A stretch of 27,636 nt of DNA, taken from positions 1 to 27,636 of IMG/VR virus record IMGVR_UViG_3300025018_000468; one strand, written 5' to 3'. Below are positions 16,964-23,599 of this stretch, in pieces; the stretch's first letter is position 1, and the number at the start of each line of letters is the position of its first letter. Origin of the DNA: a virus (taxonomy: Duplodnaviria; Caudoviricetes). The translations under genes and the position numbers were made by a program. Below the pieces are notes generated by a model, which saw nothing but the letters and a program-made list of their open reading frames with translations, was not told the DNA's origin and made no database searches.

Positions 16964-17015
16964 GCCGAGGCGTGAACGCCTGGCTGGCAAGAGCGAAGGC
17001 CGCCTGCGCGGCCTG
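16964..17015 (+). repeat. Family B copy 3
   Basis: gccgaggcgtgaacgcctggctgg...aaggccgcctgcgcggcctg. Confidence 0.85.
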
Positions 17016-17023
17016 GGTACGAC

Positions 17024-17485
17024 ATGGCGAAGCTCAGCTATCTGGCCGAAATCGTCGACTGGTTCCAGGCGGCGGAGGGCGTGATCAACGCGCGGTGGGT
17101 GGACGAGGGTCTGCCCGAGCTGCAGCACTGGTTCGACTACGAGCCGGACGACGTGCCGGAGGTCGACTTCCCGTTCGGCTGGTGGGACTGGATCGAGCCG
17201 GAGGATGTCGACATCGAGGTCCGGACGGCCGACGGGAGCGACTTTTCCGTCTACGTGCTGCTGGTGTTGACCTTCGGTGCGGGGAGCAAGACGGAGCTGA
17301 TGGAGACGATCGCCGACGCGGTGCCCCACGCGGTGGCGGCGATCGAGGCGGCGAGCGATTCGTGGGGCTACACGGTGCGTCCGCAGCGGCTGTTGCCAGG
17401 CCCGCCGCCGGGACGGTCACTGACCCGGTTCGTCGGCGTGGTGTTCGAGGTCTCGGGCTTCAGGGACTGGGGCGACGTGATGTGA
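17024..17485 (+). CDS. Putative tail terminator/completion protein
   Basis: Size and position after gp36; acidic. No decisive motif. Confidence 0.5.
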   Translation: MAKLSYLAEIVDWFQAAEGVINARWVDEGLPELQHWFDYEPDDVPEVDFPFGWWDWIEPEDVDIEVRTADGSDFSVYVLLVLTFGAGSKTELMETIADAVPHAVAAIEAASDSWGYTVRPQRLLPGPPPGRSLTRFVGVVFEVSGFRDWGDVM

Positions 17486-17618
17486 TGCTCGTCTAGCTTA
17501 GCTAGACGCCGCCGGTTGCGTTTGGAGGGTGCGGCGGCGACGTGACAGACGCTACGGGCGGGGCGGAAACAACAGGAGCGAAGCGGTGGAGTCGAAACTG
17601 CCTCAGCAAGCTGAGGCC

Positions 17619-18497
17619 ATGCCGAAGGTCATGGCGGGAGGGCCGGTGCGGGACCGGGAGTGGAGCATTCCGCTGTGGCTCGGCGGGCTGCTCGATGCCG
17701 ACTATCCGCGGCACCTCCTGACGCTGGCGATCCTGGTCAACGACAGCCAGGACGGGACCTTCGAGGCGTGCCGCTGGTGGGGCGACCTGGCGAAGCGCGA
17801 GGGCTTCGGGCGGGTGGTCATCGCGCGGCAAGATTTCGGGACGCTGGCGGACAACAACCTCCGCAGCGTCGACGACGCCAGGGACTACTCCGCGTTCGCG
17901 AAGGCGCGCCAGGCGTGGATCGGCCTGGCGCGGGACGAGCAGAAGTTTTTCAGCGTGGACAGCGACGTCCAGACCGCGTCGGACACGCTGAGCCGATTGG
18001 TGGCGCTCTCGGAGCAGCACCAGGCGGCGATGTTGGCGGCGGTGCTCCGGAATCACGCGGGGGCGCCGTACCACCACACGAATGTGATGCACTGGCGGGA
18101 CAACGGCGAGGGGCGGCGCTACCTCGAACACGATTTCTTCGCGTGGGAGCATCCGGACACGCCGGGCGTGCGGCCGTGCGATCTGACCGGCGCCTGCGTG
18201 CTGCTCGATCGCGGATGTTTCGATGACGGCCGCGGGTATCTGTCGGTGCCGGCGTCGCAGATCGCGGCCGAGGGCGAGGATGAGCCCTTCTGCGCGCAGC
18301 TCCGGGCGGCCGGGCTGCAGCCGCATTTCGCGCCGTCGGTGCGGGTGACGCACTGGATGGAGCCGCCGGCGGACCTGCGGTACGTGCAGCGTGCGGATTG
18401 GCACCGGCGGCAGGCAGCGTGGCATGCGCACGCGGCGGAGACGGGGCAGGCACAAGGCCAGCCCCTACGGGAGGCTGACGATGGCGAAGCGGAGTGA
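17619..18497 (+). CDS. GT-A fold (family 2-like) glycosyltransferase
   Basis: PVRDR, NDSQDGT, DxD in FSVDSDV, TGACVLL, GEDEPFC, terminal H; ATG 17619 is the likely start. Confidence 0.85.
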   Translation: MPKVMAGGPVRDREWSIPLWLGGLLDADYPRHLLTLAILVNDSQDGTFEACRWWGDLAKREGFGRVVIARQDFGTLADNNLRSVDDARDYSAFAKARQAWIGLARDEQKFFSVDSDVQTASDTLSRLVALSEQHQAAMLAAVLRNHAGAPYHHTNVMHWRDNGEGRRYLEHDFFAWEHPDTPGVRPCDLTGACVLLDRGCFDDGRGYLSVPASQIAAEGEDEPFCAQLRAAGLQPHFAPSVRVTHWMEPPADLRYVQRADWHRRQAAWHAHAAETGQAQGQPLREADDGEAE

Positions 18498-18527
18498 CGA
18501 TGTAGGGGCTGGCCTTGTGCCTGCCCC
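18443..18527. repeat. Perfect 26-bp family C inverted pair
   Basis: 18443-18468 is the exact reverse complement of 18502-18527. Confidence 0.9.
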
Positions 18528-18762
18528 GGAGACCGCATCCGAGACAGCCCCGGAGACCGCATCCGAGCCGATCCCGCCGGGGCATTGCCGCGTGTTCATC
18601 AAGCCCGGCTCGAAGCTGGCGGAGCGGGGCTGGATGGACAGCCAGACGCACCTGCGGGTGACCCGTGAGCCGCAAATCGTGCCGGAGCACCTGGTGGGCT
18701 CCGGTTGCTACCGTGAGACGGACGTGATCGTGGAGGAATGCGATGGGCACATCACCGACTGA
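18481..18762 (+). CDS. Small hypothetical protein preceding the tail tube (93 aa)
   Basis: GGGAGG RBS; PETASETAPETASE tandem repeat. Confidence 0.65.
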   Translation: MAKRSDDVGAGLVPAPETASETAPETASEPIPPGHCRVFIKPGSKLAERGWMDSQTHLRVTREPQIVPEHLVGSGCYRETDVIVEECDGHITD

Positions 18763-19159
18763 TCGACTGACCGGGCAGAACGCGAAGGTGTTCATTGGCA
18801 GCACGTCCGGCACTTCCGACGTCTATGCGGCCTCGGACATGGAGGGCTGCAACCTCGATCTGAGCAGCCAGAAGGTCGAACTGACGGCCAACGACGACGA
18901 CTACGTGGTTGAGAAGGTGACCGTCGGCCAGGGCAAGATCACCGTCAACAAGTTCGTGAATGCGACGAAGAAGTTCATCACCTCGATCAAGAAGGCGTTC
19001 GAGGACAAGGAAGCGGTGTACCTCAGCTTCCAGGACAGCGCCGGCGAGATCTGCAACGGGCTGTTCAACGTGGACCAGGTCACGATCACCCTGCCCGGCA
19101 AGGGCGCCGCGATGGAGAATGGTACGTTCTCCAGCTCGGGCACGATCACGTTCACCTAA
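18743..19159 (+). CDS. Tail tube (major tail) protein
   Basis: 138 aa, beta-rich, ends FSSSGTITFT; GGAGG RBS; upstream of chaperone and tape measure. Confidence 0.75.
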   Translation: MGTSPTDRLTGQNAKVFIGSTSGTSDVYAASDMEGCNLDLSSQKVELTANDDDYVVEKVTVGQGKITVNKFVNATKKFITSIKKAFEDKEAVYLSFQDSAGEICNGLFNVDQVTITLPGKGAAMENGTFSSSGTITFT

Positions 19160-19163
19160 CGGC

Positions 19164-19228
19164 GGTTACGGGTTGCGAGTTGCAGGTTGCGGATTGCGTG
19201 CGGCCGTTCTAGCGCGCAACCCGCAATC
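19164..19228. repeat. Family E heptamer hairpin, copy 3 (degenerate right arm)
   Basis: ggttacgggttgcgagttgcaggttgcggattgc ... cgcaacccgcaatc. Confidence 0.8.
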
Positions 19229-19250
19229 ATCCAGAACACAGGAGACGCGG

Positions 19251-19802
19251 ATGCATCAGGAGCAGAAGCTGGCGGTTGTCGATCCGGCCGCGCTGCGGTC
19301 GTACAACGACGGGCACACAGCGGTGTTTGTGGACGATGCGTTCGCGCCGGTGCCCGGTGGCATCTGGGTGCATCGGTTGCACACGGACACGCTCGATGAC
19401 ATCACCGAGGCCGCGAAGGTCGGCTCCGGCGACGAAGCGCGGATCGACGTCGATCTGTTCCAGGGGCTGGAGCTCTGCGAAGCGTGCCGGCTCGGCCCGG
19501 AGCCCGACGCCAAGCCGCTCCATCCGTCCGGATCGTGGCAGCGTTGGCGGGAGGTGGCGCCGGGGAACCGGACGCGACTGCTGACGTACGTGGACGCGCT
19601 GCTCGGCTACCGCAACGATGTGTGGGCCGAACTGGGAAACTTGCCCGGTGGGAGCGTCTTCGCCGGATGGCAGCCGTCGGCCACGCCGCCGAGTGGCAGA
19701 CCTTCCGGCTCTGGTGCGTCCACCGGCTCGGACGATTCCCCTGCGAGCTCCACGTCCGATACGAACAAGCCTTCGGAGCCTATCGCGAAGATCGGCGGTT
19801 AG
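19251..19802 (+). CDS. Tail assembly chaperone (lambda gpG-like)
   Basis: AGGAG RBS, ATG 19251; lies between tube and tape measure; contains a slippery site. Confidence 0.75.
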   Translation: MHQEQKLAVVDPAALRSYNDGHTAVFVDDAFAPVPGGIWVHRLHTDTLDDITEAAKVGSGDEARIDVDLFQGLELCEACRLGPEPDAKPLHPSGSWQRWREVAPGNRTRLLTYVDALLGYRNDVWAELGNLPGGSVFAGWQPSATPPSGRPSGSGASTGSDDSPASSTSDTNKPSEPIAKIGG

Positions 19803-19864
19803 GCCTCTGGCCGCCGTTGTCGAACGCGGCCGTGGCGAAGATGCACGGGTACGAGTTGCGTTGA
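19634..19864 (+). other. -1 programmed frameshift site G GGA AAC (19634-19640) and gpGT-like extension to TGA 19864
   Basis: X XXY YYZ in the correct phase; the -1 frame is open and protein-like (KLARWERLRRMAAV...HGYELR). Confidence 0.75.
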
Positions 19865-19923
19865 ACAGGTTGCGCAAGCAACACGGAACCGACCCAGCAA
19901 GCTGGGTCCATCCCGCTCCTGAG

Positions 19924-19951
19924 CCAGGGCCGCCCGCGAGGGCGGCCCTGG
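19924..19951. other. 12-bp GC hairpin with GCGA loop upstream of the tape measure gene
   Basis: ccagggccgccc-gcga-gggcggccctgg; no U-tract. Confidence 0.6.
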
Positions 19952-19996
19952 TGCTATCTGACACCGGCAACGCGAGCAGCACCGGGTAGGTGAGAC

Positions 19997-22900
19997 ATGG
20001 CGGAGAAGGTCGGCCTGCTGATCGACGTCGACAGCTCGCAAGCCGTCAAGGGCTTGCGGGACACCTCCGCGGCGCTCGACAAAATGCGGCAGAGCGGCTC
20101 GCAGCTCGCGGCGGGGATCAACCCCGCGGCGGCGCGGGTCGACGCCCTGGCCGCGGCACAGAGCAAGGCGCGGGGCTCGGCGTCGGAGCTGGCGGCGTCG
20201 CACCGTGAGCTGGTCGGCGCGGCCCGTGACGCGGCCGGCGGCGTCGGCGCGCTGAACCAGAAACTCGCCAATATGAGCGCGGCGAAGGAGCACGCCCGGG
20301 CGCTGACCGCCGAGGTGGACAAACTCGGCACCTCACTGATCCGCGTCGGCGCGGTGGGCATCGGCGCGATGGGCTTCGCGGTCAAGGAGTCGATGTCGCT
20401 GTCCCGGGCGATGGGGCTGGTCTCGGCCCGGACCCGGGCGAGTTCCGACGAGATGAAGGCGCTGCGTAAGAACGCGCTCGATCTCGGCAACGACAACCGC
20501 TTCACGGCGCTGTCGGCGGCGGATGTCGGGCGGGGCCAGGCGGCGCTGGCGACCGGCGGACTGACGCCGGCGCAGATCGTGGGCGGCGCGGCGGAAGGCG
20601 CGGCGGCGGGGGCGATCGTGGGCGGGACCGAGATGGTCGAGTCCGCGGAGTTGATGATCGATGTCCTGAAGACCTTCCGCCTCCAGGCGGACCAGTCGCT
20701 GTCGGCGATGGACGCCATTTCCGCGGCCGCCAGCGGCTCGGCTACGAACTTCGGCGAGCTGAGCGCTGCGCTGCGGATGGGCGGCGGCGCGGCGCAGGAT
20801 CTGCGCCGGCCGATGCACGAGACGATCGGCACGCTGGCGCTGATGGCCGACCACATGATGCGCGGGTCGGACGCCGGCACGGCCTACAAGACCTTCATGC
20901 TGTCGCTGTCCGGAAACAGCGACCAGGCCAAAGACGCGATGAAGGCCCACAACCTCGAGCTGGCGGACGGCGCTGGCAAGTTCAAGAGCATGTCGACGAT
21001 CGCCGAAGAGCTGAAGACGAAGCTGGGCGGGCTGTCGGAAGCCAACCGCACGGCCGCCCTGAAGCAGATCTTCGGCAACGACGCTTACCGGGTCGCTTCG
21101 GCGCTGATGGACGAGGGCGCGGCGGGGGTCGACAAGTACGAGAAGATGGTCAGCCGGGCGGGCGCGTCGGTGGAGAGCGCGACGCGGCAGCAGGAAGGGC
21201 TGCACGGGGCGATCGACGCGCTGATCAGCACGGCCCAGACTTCCGCCACCGTGTTCGGGAACGAGCTGGCGCCGGCGGTGATCGGCGTGGCCAATGCAGC
21301 CAGCGGCCTGGTCAAGAAGCTAGGCGACGCGGACAGCGGCACGGCTCGCTTTGGACGGACGACCGCCGCCGCGACGTCGGTGTTGCTGGTCGCCGGCGGA
21401 GCCTACTTCAAGGTCAATGCGGCCGTCGTCGCGTACCGGGCCAATCTCGCGATTCTCAGAACGCACACCGACGCGGCGGCGGCCTCTCAAGGCCGGTTGA
21501 ACACCGCGCTGAACGCGGCGAAGTTCGGGGCTGTGGCGATCGCCGCGAGCGGCCTGGTATATATGATCAACGAGGTGGACCGGGCCAACAACCGGGCGCT
21601 TCAGGGGATGGACGACTACAACGACAAGCTCCGCGAGATGGAGGCGCAGGGGTACCTCACCGCTGATGCCTTGAAGCGGCTTTCGGTCGACTCCGCTCAA
21701 CTGCCGACCGGTCTGGACCGCTGGAAGACTGTCTATGGCGAGGCCCTGCTCGACAGCAAGATGCGGGCCTTCGATATCCATCACCCCAGCGCCACAGCGG
21801 CCGAGCGCCAGGCACGGGAGGAGCGCGAACGCGCCGCGCTGCCGAAGTGGACCCAGGGGGCGCTGCAGCGGGAGGATTACGAGCAACGTAAGTTCGCCGA
21901 GCCCACTTTGTTGAGCGCCGCCGAGCGAGCCGCGCTGAAGAAGCAGCGGGAGGATGCAAAGGCTGGTCAGGGGAGGCTGCCTGCCGACTTAGAGAAGGCG
22001 TTGTCCGGCCTCGGCGGCGACGGGAAGTCGGGCGGCGGTTCGGCCGCCGCGAAGAAGCAGAAGACGGCGGCGGAGCTGCAGGCCGAGGCCGACGAGAAGC
22101 TGCTGAAGGCGAAGCAGGAACAGCTCGCGGCGGTCGACGCACAGCTCCGGATCATCAAGGCCGGCGGTGCGGCCGCTGCGGAGCAGACCAACAAGACCCA
22201 GGCCGCGGCGCGGATCGCCGGCGACGCGGTCGAGTCCGGCCGGGTGTTCAACAAGAAGCAGCTTCAATGCGCCGAAGCGGTCAGCACGATCTACAAAGAG
22301 GCCGGCGTGCTGAGCCAGGTATACACCGTCACGACGCAGGCCAGCAAGGCGATGCTGGAGCATCCTGACCGCTTCCAACGGCTGTCTCCCGGCGCGGCGC
22401 TGCGGCCCGGCGATTACGTCGCGAAGCCGTACAAGTCGGGCGTCGGTGCGTTCAGCGGCGACGCCGGCTGGCACGCGATGATGGTCACGGATCAGGGCAA
22501 GGTGGCCGGGGCCCCGAACGCAGGATCGACGTTCCAGAACCAGGGCAGTCAGAGCAAGCTACCGTCCGGCTGGGTCGGCTTCCGGCCGAAGAGCGGCGCA
22601 GCCGGTGGTGACACCGCTGGGCTTGAAGCGCAGAAGAAACGGCTCGAAGACGACATCGCGGGGCTGCAAGGCGGCGCGGCCAGCCTGCAGTTGCAGGCGG
22701 AGCGGGCGGAGTCGGCCGCGAAGGCGCAGCAGGAAGCCAGCGAAGCGGCGAAGCAGGCCGCGGACGAAGCCAAGAAGGCAGCCGAGGAACAGCGCCAGGC
22801 GCAGATCGATAAGATTCAGCGCGAAGGCGCGGGCAAGATGGTCCGGGCCGAGGCCGGGATCTGGCAAGCCGAGCAAGGCCGTTCGCTGGCCGGTCAGGGC

Positions 22901-23599
22901 CAGCAAAGCCAAGCGTTCCAGGAGGTTATTGCGGCCCACGAGGCGTTCTGGGCCGCGCGCGAGGAAACCGCCCGGGCGCTGGCCGCGATCACCGGCGACA
23001 CGACGGAGCTAGAGCGCACGCAGCTTGAGACCGAGCGGGAGCGCAGCCAGCTGCTCGACGACGAGATCGCGAAGCAGCGGGCGATCCGCGAGGAGAAGCG
23101 CCGGCAGCGGGAGGAGGCGGAGAAACAGGCGAAGGAGGCGCGGCTGCAGAAGAGTGGCGACGCCGCAACGCTGGCGGACATCATGGCCGAGCGGGCGAAG
23201 ATCCAGGGGGCCTCGGCGCAGACGCAGGCGGCGCTGGAGAAGAAGCAGCAGGGCCTGCAGCTCCGGCACGCCGCGGAGCTGGCCAGGCAGGGCCAGGTGG
23301 TCGAGGCCGAGCGCATCCGGAACGAGGTCCTCCGGGAGCAGATGGAGGGCAGCAAGGCTGGCAAAGACGCGCTCAAGGAGGCGGTGATCGGCGGCGATAT
23401 GGGCCGCATCTCCGACATCCTGCAGCAGGCTCGGCGCACCGGCGGCCCTTCGGCAGGCTCAGGACAGGGCGACGACGATCCGGTGGCGTACGCGATCCGC
23501 AACGGGCGCTCGCAGCAGCCGCGGATCATCGCCGGAGCGGTGGACGAGCGGCTGCGGCGCGAGGCGCTGGAGACCGCGCGGCTGATCGAGGATTCCTGA
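19997..23599 (+). CDS. Tape measure protein with internal Cys/His peptidase-like domain
   Basis: 1200 aa, Ala-rich; GSDAGTAYKT and LKQIFG motifs; QCAEAVS...PGDYV...WHAMMV; contains family A copy 6 (23444-23470). Confidence 0.92.
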   Translation: MAEKVGLLIDVDSSQAVKGLRDTSAALDKMRQSGSQLAAGINPAAARVDALAAAQSKARGSASELAASHRELVGAARDAAGGVGALNQKLANMSAAKEHARALTAEVDKLGTSLIRVGAVGIGAMGFAVKESMSLSRAMGLVSARTRASSDEMKALRKNALDLGNDNRFTALSAADVGRGQAALATGGLTPAQIVGGAAEGAAAGAIVGGTEMVESAELMIDVLKTFRLQADQSLSAMDAISAAASGSATNFGELSAALRMGGGAAQDLRRPMHETIGTLALMADHMMRGSDAGTAYKTFMLSLSGNSDQAKDAMKAHNLELADGAGKFKSMSTIAEELKTKLGGLSEANRTAALKQIFGNDAYRVASALMDEGAAGVDKYEKMVSRAGASVESATRQQEGLHGAIDALISTAQTSATVFGNELAPAVIGVANAASGLVKKLGDADSGTARFGRTTAAATSVLLVAGGAYFKVNAAVVAYRANLAILRTHTDAAAASQGRLNTALNAAKFGAVAIAASGLVYMINEVDRANNRALQGMDDYNDKLREMEAQGYLTADALKRLSVDSAQLPTGLDRWKTVYGEALLDSKMRAFDIHHPSATAAERQAREERERAALPKWTQGALQREDYEQRKFAEPTLLSAAERAALKKQREDAKAGQGRLPADLEKALSGLGGDGKSGGGSAAAKKQKTAAELQAEADEKLLKAKQEQLAAVDAQLRIIKAGGAAAAEQTNKTQAAARIAGDAVESGRVFNKKQLQCAEAVSTIYKEAGVLSQVYTVTTQASKAMLEHPDRFQRLSPGAALRPGDYVAKPYKSGVGAFSGDAGWHAMMVTDQGKVAGAPNAGSTFQNQGSQSKLPSGWVGFRPKSGAAGGDTAGLEAQKKRLEDDIAGLQGGAASLQLQAERAESAAKAQQEASEAAKQAADEAKKAAEEQRQAQIDKIQREGAGKMVRAEAGIWQAEQGRSLAGQGQQSQAFQEVIAAHEAFWAAREETARALAAITGDTTELERTQLETERERSQLLDDEIAKQRAIREEKRRQREEAEKQAKEARLQKSGDAATLADIMAERAKIQGASAQTQAALEKKQQGLQLRHAAELARQGQVVEAERIRNEVLREQMEGSKAGKDALKEAVIGGDMGRISDILQQARRTGGPSAGSGQGDDDPVAYAIRNGRSQQPRIIAGAVDERLRREALETARLIEDS

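Noticed and set aside
19924-19951. Intrinsic terminator before the tape measure gene
   Set aside because: Strong stem but no U-tract on either strand; kept only as an unassigned hairpin.
21300-22000. Apparent drop in GC3 within the tape measure gene suggesting mosaicism
   Set aside because: Visual impression only; needs a computed codon-usage profile.
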